Below are positions 13,081 to 26,719 of a stretch of 64,000 bases of DNA, in pieces. The translations under genes and the position numbers were made by a program. Location of the stretch: assembly GCA_951406725.2 (NCBI GenBank), contig OX597816.1, positions 127,410,001-127,474,000 of the forward strand. The letters run 5' to 3'. Each line of letters opens with the position of its first letter. Position 1 is the first letter of the stretch. The notes beneath the pieces are model-generated. The model did not search any database and was not told the origin of the DNA. It saw only the letters and a program-made list of their open reading frames with translations. Source of the DNA: Octopus vulgaris. Taxonomy: Eukaryota.

Positions 13081-14590
13081 AGTGAAACTATTAAAAGTGA
13101 AACTATTAAAAGTGAAACAATGTAAGAGTAAAACTATTTATAACTGTTACTCCATTGAAGGTTTCACTTTTATTCTTTGAGCTTTGAGACCTAATAAAGA
13201 ACCAGCACCAATGTTGCCTTGTTTTTATAAAAAAAAATTACACGTTGATACTCCTGCTGTCTCATAGTATTGCCATGTAAAATTTTATATGATTTGATTG
13301 AGCCATTTGAGAATGCATTGGGAACAGACAGAGAGACAGAGATACAAAACATTTTATATTTATAGAGAGATTATGTGAAAAATAATTATAGTTTCCATAA
13401 CACTCATATTTCTATATTAAGACAAGTGTATAAGGTTATTTCATACTCGGTGAAAATTAGAGAATAGACTAGCAATAAGGTAGCCAGTGTATAATCATTT
13501 GACCTGTTAAAAAATAGGAGACAAAATCTCACTTAAATCATGCCCTTCTAACTTACAATAGACACACATTGGATATTGCAAATGTAAACAGAATGTCTGA
13601 GTTAAAAAAAAATTGTCATAATGGATTGAATACCTTTAATTATATGTCTTCTTTATCAAGATTAACCTGATTGTTAAACAACGATTAATGAATAAATAAA
13701 AAAACAAAAGGATACCTGAAGATATGTCATACAAGTTGTAATCATATTTTTAATAGTTATAATTTATGAGATATCAGACAACTGCTATTTGTTAAATATG
13801 TACAATTTAATGTTAAATTTAATAATGAAATATTTACTGAAAAAAATTAATGTAAATAATAGTATTAATTCAAATTATCACAGCAGCTAAGAAATACTGA
13901 TTTGTGTATTATAAAAATTATAACTTTCAGAATTTAAGTATTACAAAGTCCATAACTGATTACTATTATAATTTGAGGGTAAGCAAAGAAAGTATTGTCT
14001 AGGATTCTGGAATACTTAAAGTAATGAGAAAATCATATGTAGTATAATGGTATTTTTACAATGCTAACAATGAACCCCATCTGATATCACAATTAACGAA
14101 CAGACATTTACAAAATGCCAATGAATAACACAATATTATAAGGATAAGTAAGCTGACATTTTACTCTCTATCATTTTGTTTTGAAAGCTCAGATTAATCA
14201 TAACTTGCTTTTTTGTTTTTTAGAATATTACAAGAAAATAGATTCAGCAATCTATAAAACATTGATATTTCTTTTTATAATATTTTAATAATATTTTCCA
14301 AGAAGACTAAAGAATAAAAGTGTATCATTGTGAGATCATAGAAGTGTGTTTGTTTGGCACATTGATTGAATGAACAGAGCATGTATTTAATTTATTTGTT
14401 TGTATCGTGCATTAGTAATTGTTTTATTATTTTTCTGAAGATAACCAACAGATTGAACTAATATTTAAAATTCAATAGGTGCTGCACTTTCTCTTAACAT
14501 ATGGCCAGTGTCTTTTGTTGCTATCAAAAACTCAATAAGAATTATATTCAATATATGAAATATGTAATTTATTCTCCTAGAATTGGTGGT

Positions 14591-14623
<33 letters not shown>

Positions 14624-14769
14624 CACCTGCATTATGCATTTTGTTCGTGTTTAAGTATGTGCATATAATTAGGAAGTTTTGCTTTTTTTGAAACGAAACT
14701 TGGTCCATGGATTTATGAATTCATAGGATTGTGTAGTCAAAAGTTTGTGTATATATCTACTCTGTGAAT

Positions 14770-16260
14770 TATGTGATGTCAAGAATATGTGTAATGCATA
14801 TATTTTTGTGTAATGAGTTGGGGATGCAACTGTAGATAACTTTAACCATATTTCTATTGAAGATTTTGTGGTATTTGTGTGTGAAGGAAGTGGTTATTTT
14901 TGAGTTTTAGCAGTTTTCTAGCTGTTTTGTGGCTACTTCCATACTACATGGGAAATTCCATAAGATTTTCCTCTGCTTACTTCTTTTTGGTCTACATTCG
15001 GTTCAGCATAATTTATGCTACTATTAAAGTTGGACCTTTCTAATGCAGTGATGAATTATGAGGCAGTTTTTCTGAAAGTAGCTTTATCAGCAGACAGGTT
15101 AGAAACGTGCTTATATAAGGTATCTTTATTTGGTTTATGGCAAGGCTTAAATTTGCCTTAAGTATTAATTCTAGTTCTTAGGTTCAATTGTCTACATGTT
15201 CAGCATAATTGCTTTCTTATCTTATCTATATCATGTCCATTTTTCTTATGTATCACTGCAAGATTGTTGTCAATATATAACCCTATATCTGCTTCTGTTA
15301 CGTCTTTTCGAAGAACATCTGAGATATAAAGGCCAACCAGATCTGCTATATCTGCACCATCATAGATCCCCATAGTGATATCAAATAGCTCATCACCCAT
15401 TCTTTTCACCTAATAGGAATTGTCACAAAAAAGTAATGACTTCTTTGAATTCCTTGTTATGTCTATATCAGCATTAGTGACAGTTACATATGCTCAAGTG
15501 CTTTTTGAAGCAGGATTTTGGAAACTGAGGGATAAAACTCCACAATATCAAACTGGATGAATTTGGATTTTGGTTTATCTTCAATTTTCTTGAACCATTC
15601 AATAGTTTCCCAGCTACATATCCATTCAGTAGAGTTTGAGGAGGCTCTGATGTGTCTTATGATGTTGTCTAATATAGATTTGCTAATAATACCTAGTTTG
15701 CTTTTCGAGGGATTTATCAATCTGCAGCTAGTGTTTTGCGTAAAATTGTCTTTGTAGTCTTCCAGGGTTACAAAAAGTTTTTGTGGGGTGAGTCATTCTA
15801 TTCTACTTTGATTTAAAGTTTCATGGCCAAATTGTTTGCCTTAAAAATGATTAAATTATAAATGTTGGGGTTCATTTTCTTATATGTTTTTGTAATGTTA
15901 TCAACTAGCAGCTTGTTATATGTTTTATCTACTTTTATAAATGTGTTAAAAGTTTCAAGAAATGTTTGTAGTTTGTGTGGGAAGCTTTTGGATTTATGGT
16001 GGAACTTGACACTTTGAACTGATTTTATGAGGTCATCTTCAAATCCATCTAGATCTTTAATAGTGCAGTAGGTTTATGGAAGACCTAAAACCCTAACACC
16101 TCCAAACAAAGCAGGTCATACTTTTATCACAAAAGTAGGCTTCCCACTTCCTTCACTTCAGGACGTTTTTTGTTTTACTGATGAGATGCGTGAAATAGAC
16201 TTTCCTTGGTGGTATAGGAATATTCTCCAGTGATGTTTTCACTTCATGTTTTTCCATGGT
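14770..16260 (-). mobile_element. Decayed Penelope-like retroelement (probably Naiad-type), N-terminus + RT + linker, endonuclease not seen
   Basis: ORFs 15484-15720 (INPSKSKLGIISKSILD...WFK...FIQFDIVEFYPSV) and 15200-15409 (FDITMGIYDGADIADLVGLYI...IGLYIDNNL; cf. GLYRDDGL). Hand translation adds SLENIPIP (~16220), DLDGFEDDL (~16045) and RKILWN...YHKIFNRNMVKVIYSC (~14830-14975). Confidence 0.85.
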
Positions 16261-16325
16261 TGTTTGATTCTATCTTCATGTTTAGTGCTCATCTGGTATT
16301 TAAGAATGCCAGAAGTGACATTAGT

Positions 16326-16365
<40 letters not shown>

Positions 16366-16437
16366 AATATGAGGGAATATTATTCCAAACTTAAAGGGGA
16401 AAATTCAATTTAGAAATATTAAATCAAATTTCACAAA

Positions 16438-16481
<44 letters not shown>

Positions 16482-16515
16482 AAATTAGAAAAAAAACACC
16501 TTTTATCAATTCGAC

Positions 16516-16738
16516 AATGAGAAAATTTAATTATACCATATACAAAAAAATTACATACTATAGAAAAAATTAAAAATAAGATAAAACATATACCAATGAT
16601 TAAGTAATGGGCAAAATAATATATACGTTTTATTTATTATTTTGTGCATTACTTAATCATTGGTATAAGTTTTATGTTATATTTAATTTTTCTATAAGAT
16701 GTAATTTTTTCTAAATAGTATAATTTAAATTTTTCATT
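16516..16738. repeat. AT-rich foldback inverted repeat (arms 16516-16620 and 16636-16738)
   Basis: TATACCAATGATTAAGTAATG / CATTACTTAATCATTGGTATA, with complementarity extending about 100 bp. Confidence 0.9.
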
Positions 16739-16799
16739 ATATATATATACACATGTGAAGGCAGGTGGTCCAGTAGTGTTGCCCTCATGATTGCAAGAT

Positions 16800-17332
16800 T
16801 GCTTATTTTAGAACTTATTTTAGAACATGGTTGAGTCCATAAAATAGGATCTGACTACACCTTCATTTAAAGCACAGTTTAAGCTATCTTTTTGTGGAAG
16901 AAGGTTTATGTTCCTATAACCTGTGTTAATTCTGTGACCCTTTAAAATGGAAGATAAGAAAGTTCCTTTTTGGCACTGGATGCTTTGGGAACCAGATAAA
17001 AATTGCTGCAGCTTGACTGGGATGTATTACCCCACCTTCCATATTCACCAGATATTGCTCCTTCAGATTTCCACTTATTCAGGTCTCTGCAGAATAGTCT
17101 TAATGGTAAGAATTTCAATTCCTTGGATGACGTAAAAAGATACCTTGATGAATTCTTTGCCATGAAACCACCTCAATTCTGGGAAGAGGGTATTTTCAAG
17201 TTAAAGGAAAGATGGAGATGCATTGTGCAACAAAATGGTTCATATTTGGTTGATTAAAAATGTAATGGCAAGTATTTATTTACCTTTTTCTTTCCTTTAA
17301 AAATCGGCATGAACTTTCTGGACAACCCAATA
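16800..17332 (+). mobile_element. Internally deleted mariner element
   Basis: N-terminus-like MEDKKVPFWHWMLW (ATG 16947) fused to the C-terminus WDVLPHLPYSPDIAPSDFHLFRSLQN...WRCIVQQNGSY. Right TIR ...GAACTTTCTGGACAACCCAA followed by TA. Left TIR not found. Confidence 0.85.
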
Positions 17333-19749
17333 TTTATATTATGTGTATATATGTTCACAATACCTATGCATGTCCCTTTGAACAAGGCTAAATAGATGCA
17401 AAAGCCAGAATAGTTATAAACAGCTAACTGGAGTAATTAAAAAAAATTTGATCTCTTTATAGTGATTCTGATGTTACAAAAGGTTTTAGTTCAGAGTTAT
17501 TATTTAAATTTGAAAACTTTTTATTCAGTCACTGATTTCCTAAGTTATTTTATTAGAACTATCTATGCAGTTGTACAAAATCCAAAAATTATATGAACAA
17601 CTTGTAGAAAAATATATCTAAAATATATCTTGCAGCTATAAAATCCTTATAAAACAGAAGTTTTCAGTGTTCCCCGAAGCAGTCATTATTAATGAGCAAT
17701 GACATTCATTAGGTATGACAAAAGAGTCAAAATAATTCAAAATCTTTGTCACCTTGATATAGCAATCCTTTACAATCCCCCCCTCTGGCTCTATCTCAGA
17801 AACTAGTGATTCAATTTAAATTCTGAGCAGAGTATTTGTATTGGAATTGAAATAATGATATACATGCTGGGAAGAAGATAAAAAGTTGATGTATATTTGC
17901 AAAAATGTTGATTTTCTACCATTTCAACTTACTTAAACAATCAGAAAATATATGAACATTGCTGATTTACAAAGATCCTTCCAATGAATATATGAAAAGG
18001 TTTGTCTGACACACTAACTCTATTATGTAAATAACTAAAACGTGAAATACCATAGCACACAATACTATATAAACTTGAAAATTAATTAATTTTTTTCTGT
18101 ACAGGAAATCTCCCTTCAATATAAAATAAAATGATATAAAAATGTCATAGCTTTAACTATAGAGTTGGATAAGGAATGAACTAGATGTTTATTCTATTGA
18201 TAAACTATTTATCAATTTGTTGATTTAGCGTCATCTGTGAGATATATTTTTAGCCTATATTGACCTAAATGTTGTTGCTTTTATAATCTATTTTAAACAA
18301 ACACCATAGAATCCTAAAATATAATTCAGATTCTTCCTGCCAGAAAAAAAGTTAATTCACACCAAAGATTTCTAATAACAGAGATAGAAAATAATTTGGA
18401 GGGATAACAATTTCATTGCTGTTAAATTTTCTTTCTGCTTCCTCAAGATACAATGTAATATTTACAATAGAGATTTAAAGTAACTGGCAGATGCAGAAAT
18501 ATGAGAGTTGAACAAGAATATCAACAATCGATATTGTCCATTCATCCTATGATCCCTTGTGGCCTACTTCAGTTAGAGCATGATAGAAACTGAAGACTCT
18601 ATTTCAATTTGTTGACGACCGCTTGCAAATTTAATATGAACTGGACACAACTATTAGCTGATTTCAATGATATTCTTATATGATGCTTTGTAAAGAAACT
18701 AATTAGTTGATCTGTGGTCATCTATATATTAGCTTTCAGATAATGAATAATAAACAATGAAACTGAAATAAGACACCTTCAATAATAATATAGGTTTCTT
18801 GTGATCTTGCATTAATTAATTATATTATTTAGAGAGAGGAAACTTAAGGCAATATCATGTGAACAAATTTGGCTGTTGGACAATTTACTATCTACAAAAG
18901 GAATCACTTGAATAAGGATGAGTGATGTAACTTCCTTGCAAATACAATGAATACAAGAATCAAAGACAAGAATTTAATTTCAATGCTAAAATAATTTAAA
19001 CAAGATAGAAATACTTGATGAGTTACTTGTAATCATTGCATTTAGAAAAATTAATAATCCATGATAAGAGAAATAATTTTATAAATTGGTAATTACAGCA
19101 TGGAAGACATATAGTAGTCATTTAAATACACACAAAAACTATTAAATTATTTTATTCCTTCATCGTTTGGTGTCAAAATTTTCATTGCAGTCTCTGCAAC
19201 CTGCTCATTGATAAAGTTCTACTACAATTTGTCTGAGATGAGGCCTTAATGTTGTAAACCTATTTTTTTCTTCATCGATGTAGGTCAATTGTTATCATTC
19301 AGTGCTCATAGCAGGTCAGTTAATTTGGCTTTTGGTTGAAATTCATGTACTCCCTTTTCCTTCCTTCTCTCAGCAAGGGTACTTCTGGCATTGTGCAATC
19401 TTGCAGAACCAGGAATTTATGACTTCAAAGACAAGAATCTAACAGTCCACGACCACAGAACAGAGATAATAGAGAGAAGGATTGATGCAAACTGTACAAG
19501 AGGGTAGGAGTTGTTGTAGTATCAACAACGATAGTAGTAGTAGTAGTAGTAACTGCAGCAGCAGATGCAGTGGAGGGGTGTATAAGTAGTAGTAACAAAT
19601 ATAGTAAAACCCAATAATTTAGCCAAATAACAAAAATTCAAGAAAAGAATATTTATTAGTAATTATTTATTTGTAATTAAATAAGTAAATAAAGGGATAG
19701 ATAAAGAAATTAAAAACAAATAAGTAACAGGATAGATAAAGACACTAAA

Positions 19750-20615
19750 TAATAATAATCCTTTCTAATATAGGCATAAGGCCTGAAATTTTGGGGGAAT
19801 GGGTAGTCGATTACATCGACCCCAGTGATTCACTGGTACTTAATTTATCAACCCCCAAAAGGATGAAAGGCAAAGTTGACCTCAGTGGAATCTGAACTCA
19901 GAACGTAGTGACAGATGAGATGATGCTAAGCGTTTCACCACACATGCTAACGATTCTGCCAGCTTGCCTCCTTTCATTAAATATTTATAATGATGATATT
20001 TCTTTCCAATTTTAGGCACAAAGCCAGCAGTTTTGAAGGGTAAGGACAAGTCTATGACATTGTCACAATATTTGACTGGTACTTTATTTTATAAACCCTG
20101 AAAGAATAAACAGTTGAACATTGAGTTTGAGTTTAGAATGTAAAAACCCCAGAAGAAATGTCCCTATGCATTTTGTCCAATGCACTCATGATTGTGCCAG
20201 CTTGCTATCACCACCACTATCACTACCACAACAACAATAATAATTGTAATCCTTCCTACAAAAGGTACAAGGCCTGAAATTTGGTGGGAGGAGACAAGTT
20301 GGTTACATCGACCTTAGTGTTTTACTGGTACTTAATTTGTTCACTCTGAATTTGAACTCAGAACATAAAGACAGACGAAATGTTGATAAGCATTTTTCCT
20401 AGCATGCTAACGATTTTGCCAGCTCACCACCTTAATGATAATAATAATCATAATAATTCTTTCTACTGAAGACACAAGACCTAAAATTTGACACAAGACC
20501 TAAAATTACACCAACTCCAGTATTTCACTAGTACTTAATTTATCAACTCCGAAAGGATGAAAGGCAAAATCAACCACAGCAGAATTTGAACTTAGAGCAT
20601 AGCGATGAGCAAAAT
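19750..20615 (-). mobile_element. Cluster of four head-to-tail SINE family B copies
   Basis: Repeated CAAGGCCTGAAATTT...CTGGTACTTAATTT...GAACTCAGAAC...GCCAGCT units at ~19750, ~19998, ~20240 and ~20450. Confidence 0.8.
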
Positions 20616-21450
20616 ACTTATACTTTCTCCCTTCTCAGAGCACATCTTACACTGTGGTGAGTGAGTGCTTTTATCAATGTGAAATTTGGAGTAGCTTGTC
20701 CTAAAAGCTTGTTCTTGAGCGCTGTACACTAATGCCTCAGTGGACCCTTTTAAGTCTCCTTTCTGCAGCCATTGCCAGGTTCTATTCCAATGAATCTCAT
20801 CTTAATTCTTCAAGAACTGACTGTGCATTTTCTTGTCTTACCAAATTTTCTTCATCTGCTCTCTCTGGCCTTTCTTAAATTGTGTTGGATCTACAGCTTC
20901 GTTCACTTTTAAGGTTCCCTGCATTTCCATTGCTTCAATCATTTCTTCTTTACTTCTCTTGATATACCAAGCTAAGCTATTCTCCTCTTCCCTTACACAA
21001 CCTTCACAACACATTAATCCCCATCCTCCTTCTTTTCTCTTTACATACAATCTTGACACATCATTCTTTGGGTGTAGTCCCTCTTTTCATTGTCATTAAT
21101 TTATATGTTCTCCAGTCTATCTCTTGTAATTCATGCTTCTTCCAAGATAATATTCCTGCCCCATATCTCATCAAAGCAACAGCCCACGTGTTAATTGCTC
21201 TAATCTTATAGTGGCTATTTAGCTTTGATTGGAGCACAAGCTGAGTTCTCCTCAAATACTTTCCTGTACATTTCTTTCATCTTGTGTTCATTCATCTTAT
21301 CTCTTTCAATGATATCCAAGCATTTATATCCTTCCTCTCTGACTTCCTCTATAGTTTCATCACTTTCCAGCTTGATCCCATAGCTTTTACTGATTTTCCC
21401 CATTTTGAGAGTCATTACACCACATTTCTCGATCTTAAATTTCATGCCAA
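20615..21450 (-). mobile_element. R4/Dong-like LINE fragment
   Basis: IGMKFKIEKCG, KLNSHYKIRAINTWAVALMRYGAG and SRLYVKRKEGGWGL from the ORF track, plus GDLKGSTEALVYSAQEQAFRT...CKMC by hand (~20630-20760). Confidence 0.85.
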
Positions 21451-21474
21451 TATTATTGTTATTATTATTGTTAA

Positions 21475-21524
<50 letters not shown>
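21451..21524. repeat. (ATT)n microsatellite abutting the LINE 5' truncation
   Basis: Direct reading. Confidence 0.95.
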
Positions 21525-21526
<2 letters not shown>

Positions 21527-23039
21527 CCTTTGTGGCACTAGTTCCAGCTCTTTATATTCAGAGCTCAAATCCTGCCATTGTCAATTTTGCATTTCATTTT
21601 TTTTTTTTTGTGGACACTAAAATGAAATGTCATCAAGTGCTAGAGTTAATTTAATTGACTTGTCATTATCATTAATATTATTGATGATGTCATTCATTTG
21701 TGAAACTCAAGGTATCATCATTATATCTCCAATTTATTCATTTCTATTTCATAAATGTTTAAGAAAAAGGGTGAGTGAAATAAATGACTTGATCATAACT
21801 ATTTCTTCATTTAGAAAAATTTCTTATATATAGCCACGAAACAGGTGTCATTATTCTACCAAAGTATTTCAAGATATTTTTATGAAATTTTGGTAAATAT
21901 ATGTCAAAATGAGATGTCACTGTTATTTTCATTTTTGCGTAATTTAGATGACAATTTATTCACTGCACCCTGTATATATATATATTAAATACTGTATATT
22001 ATAAACTTATAATTCATCACAATTCAAATATCAGCATATTACCTCTATTGAAAATATGCTATAACTAATTCTTGAATGAGCTATGTTAGGTGTGTAGATG
22101 TTATTAAATATATATTTATTGCTTATATTTTGCTTCTAACTGTATTGTATATTTATCTTATGATTATGCTGTATATGTACTGTAATAAATATAATTCTTT
22201 TCAAAAGGAGCACCATCTGTACCAGTGCATTTGTACTCTTAACTTTAAAATCAAATAGTTAGTGAATGTGGTTGAGGATTTTTATGTTATTTTATCCACA
22301 ATAATATAGCTTTCAAGTTTTGTCGTTACTTACCAAGCTTCTAATACTTTGCAACTAAATAAAACCAAAATAATTATTCTGACACTTTCACTCTATATAT
22401 AACCAAAAGAATTGTTAGAGATTTATTTCATTACCTTTTCAACATATGTTGCTATCTTTAGTTTATTGTGGCTCATTTGCGTACAGAATTTAATAGTGTG
22501 ACAAATATATAGTAATCAAAATTAGTATCGGGTACAATGATTTTATGTTGAAGACAGCAGGTGAGAATGCAAAGTTAGAAGCAATTATTTCTATCTCTTA
22601 AATCAGTTTGTCATGACTTCAAGCAAGAGTGTTGTCATTGATCCTATATAGCAATATATTATTATTAATAAATGTTATATCATAAAGAGTAATTGATATT
22701 TGAGAAAAAGTCAGCAGAGAATGGTAATATGCCAAAGGACATCACAATATATTGTGCAGTTTAAATGATTAAAATTACATCAATCATAAATATTTGATCC
22801 TTATATTGTTTCAGAGTGAAAGAGTTCAGCACTTGGTACCATTTCTCCAATATTCAAGTGAATGAATATTTCTATCCTTATATATATATATATAATAACA
22901 TAAAATTATTGTCATGCTGTTGTGAAATTTGGTTGTCATTGCATTTAAATAGATATACATAAAAAATAAATAAATTGTATTTGGGAATAAGTTCACTAAC
23001 ATACAAAGACCTCAGTATTATCTTCTTAAATATTAGCAT

Positions 23040-23125
23040 AACACATACACATATGTGTGTGTATGTGTGAGTGCATATATATAAGTGTGCGTGTGTAAGT
23101 GTATGTATGTGTTTGTATATGTTTG

Positions 23126-23178
<53 letters not shown>

Positions 23179-23460
23179 ACACACATAAATATATGTATAT
23201 CTCTGTGTGTATATATGTATGCATGTGTATATGTATATATAGTATATATATTCATATATACATATAGTTATATATATATAGATATATATCACACATGTAT
23301 ATATGTGTGTATATATATATATATATATACATATATACACACACACACATACACACTTATGCATGCATACATACATACATACACACACATACAAACATAC
23401 ATACATACATACATACATACATACATACATACATACATACATACATACATACATACATAA
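23040..23460. repeat. Long compound (TA)n/(TG)n/(CATA)n microsatellite
   Basis: Direct reading. It generates the many YIYI/CMYV ORFs. Confidence 0.95.
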
Positions 23461-26179
23461 ATATGCAAACTACTATCTTGAATCACAAGGAATCCCAAGA
23501 GAAGAATATTTCTTTTACCAAAATGATAAAGAACTAATTCAAGTTAATCCCAACAATATTTTAATATTGCTTCTATTTCTGTCCTGTTTCTCATATGAAC
23601 ACTGTTTATTGAATTTGTTTAATTATCTGGCTTGCCACACAATTCTCAGTCTGCTTAAATAAACCGTTGGCGTGATTGTTTTCAAAATCAGTTATTTTTT
23701 TTTTCTTCTGGCAGTTATTCAGAATATACATAGAATAATTATAGAATTCCTGTGTTTCTGTGTTTGTTTTTATTTATGCTATGTGTATGTGTGTAAGTGT
23801 TTCTGTGTGTAAATTTTCTCACTAGAATGTTTAGAATCTACTATCTCTGAATAAGCCATAAGATGAATGCCAATCTTCAGCAAGTAAATCAATAGGATGT
23901 CTTTACTACTCTCTGGATTTGTTACACAAACTGTTACTAGGGAAGTCAGCGGAGTTAAATCTCAGTTGCATGCTATTTCAATCCAGTTTTAGTAGCTCAT
24001 AAATTCTAGCACCTTTCTAGTTATGCCATATTGAATTCTTTATTTTTGACTTGCTTCACAATATTTTCATATTTCAGACTACTTTCCTTTTTGCCATTCT
24101 TGAAACTGAAGAAGTCTTCTCCAGCTTTTGTCTTGTACCATTTTCTTTTTATTTTGAATTTAAATGTTAATTTATTTTAGATTTTAAAGGCTCAATAGTT
24201 ATTTAGTTTGGACAATTTCAAATTATGTTTATATATTTCTGTGCAGATGAAGATTAAGAAAACCAACAGCTTTATATTCTGAACTTAATATATTTCTATC
24301 ATAATATAAGAATATACTAGCTTAAATTATAATATAGAAAATGCTTTTAAGCAACTGTGTATGTATTTTTGTTTTAAAGATGTATGTTTAAGAATACAAT
24401 AAATAATATTACTTTAGTTTATATGGTGACCAGTATTAATGAAAAATATTCCAAAATGCAAGTATAGATGTATGACCTTTTTATTTTATTTTTTCAAAGT
24501 AATTCAGTTAGTACAGTGAAATTTTAATTAGGGATATATCAGGGATGAAATAAATGATATCAACCAGTTAGAATAATTTTATTATTTTGCTTGCTGTATA
24601 ATACAACTGTGCAAAAACTAAATAAGTTGACCATGCCATGTTAACAATATGTGCTTGACATTTTCAAATTTCAAATAAAAGAATGAGAAGTATAAAAATT
24701 TAAATCAGAGTAAATAATTTGATTCGATTTTAAGGCCTCAAACCACCCTAAAAAAATTGTATTTTAGATTAGTTTGTTCTCTTTTACTTCATACTAAAAC
24801 ATATTGCAAATTGCAAAATATTTCACCAAAAGATTATTTCATTTGTTTTTATTCGTTTTTTATGTCTAATATTCTTAATACAGTTATATAGTAAATGATA
24901 GTCTGGTAGTTCAAATTCTATATCATTCATTATGTTTGAATTACAAGTCCATAACTTTGCAAAGATACTTAGAAAGAAATTCTTTATTTATGAAATTTCT
25001 TTAAATATTTTAATTATTACTGTTATATTAGTATTTATAAATCATATCAGTTACTTCAGTACAGAAGTTTGATACCAATAAAAAGTTATGCTATCCTTGC
25101 TAAATTTTCACCTCAGTAACAAATGTCAAACAAAAACAATTATTTTTTTAATTATTCATTTGTTGACATTATAGATGAAACCAGAAAAATCAAAATTAAT
25201 ATAATAATACTATACTATTAATAGATCTAAAAGTGAAAAGACAGGTTAATACCAGAGTATTTTGTTGTTGATGTTGAGTATTTTTTCTTACTACTATTCA
25301 AAGATTTCCAATTAAAGCTTTAGATAATCTTTAATCCAAAACTTAAATGTGAGATTTGTAAGATATCAAAAGTTCACAGATATTAAAATGATACTTAACA
25401 CTGAAAAAAGCAATGTATATTGATGTGTTTTATTTGTTTTTAAAGCATATAAAACAGAAAATTTGGTTTCTTAGATGCTAGTCCTCTATTAAAGTTTAGA
25501 AATTATTTTATTTTCCTTGTATGGTGTTGGACAAATAGCACTTTTCTGTAAATAATACTGGAGTACATTACCTAATCATAAAAGGACATAATTTATCAAA
25601 ATGTAAATTAATAGGTTTTGCCTTTTGAAGGCAGGAAATTATAGACTTTAATTTAGTGCAGAATGGGAGATATCTTTTTGAATTAAACAATTGAAATACT
25701 ATAAAGTATTGAACTGAGAGTTATTTCATTGGAATCACATGAATAATTTTATAGACTACAGAATATTTTTCTTTAAAAAAACAAGCAAAAATTTCTTTTG
25801 ATTAAATAGAATGATTTTTCAGTTATCATCCATAGCTTCTTTTTAATCACTCTGACAATTAAATTTAGTAAATTTATTGTATAAACATTTTATACACTAC
25901 ACAAATAATTAAATAAATAATATTCATCTAATTCTTTTTTCAAAATTAATGAGAGATAGAAGTTCTTTTGTATTTACAAGCGTGTGCATATTACCTACTC
26001 TCCATATTATATATTCATTGAATTAGGATCATTTACTTAGGAGATATGACTGAGATAAATATTTACCAATTTAGAACTGAACAAATCAGGTTTTGTGCTA
26101 TAAATCCATTGTATATCTATAAAAAAAAGTAAGTGAAGCCCTTACAGAATTAAAGCTAGTTACAAAATAACTCATCTAG

Positions 26180-26308
26180 GTCTACTGCTGCTACTACAAC
26201 TATTACTACTATTAACGCAGCTACTACTACTACTGCCCTTGCTGCTGCCACTACTGCTATTACTACTACTATTGCTGCTGCTACTACTACTACTATTGCT
26301 GCTGCTAT
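26180..26308. repeat. (CTA)n/(CTG)n trinucleotide tract
   Basis: Direct reading. Confidence 0.9.
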
Positions 26309-26652
26309 TATACAAGAGTTAACTACACCCTCGTAAGAGTAAGCCATTTTGATACATAAATTAAAACAAAAGGCAAAAATAATTACTTCAATAGTTTTGC
26401 TACATAAATGAATTCAAGATTCTTACTGTTACCCAAGGTCAGCTTCAATTGATCCAAAATCCTGATATGCAATCAGTTGCATAGACACAATCCACAGAAC
26501 TATTGTGATATACAATGACTCAGCCTAACCGAGGCCCATAACAGAATAGTGTTACATCAAACAGTGCATAATCTGTATGATACAGTGTTAGTTTCCAAGT
26601 GTTGTTTGGGTAACTGTGTATTGGAGACATGGTTCTAGGTATGTCATGTATG

Positions 26653-26696
<44 letters not shown>

Positions 26697-26719
26697 ATGT
26701 ATGTATGTATGCCTCACAG

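Noticed and set aside
22878-23662. Many overlapping ORFs (YIYI/CMYV/HTHT)
   Set aside because: Stop-free microsatellite translations. The same applies to the ORFs at 2552, 7369, 8733, 21284, 26156, 42732, 43058 and 56376.
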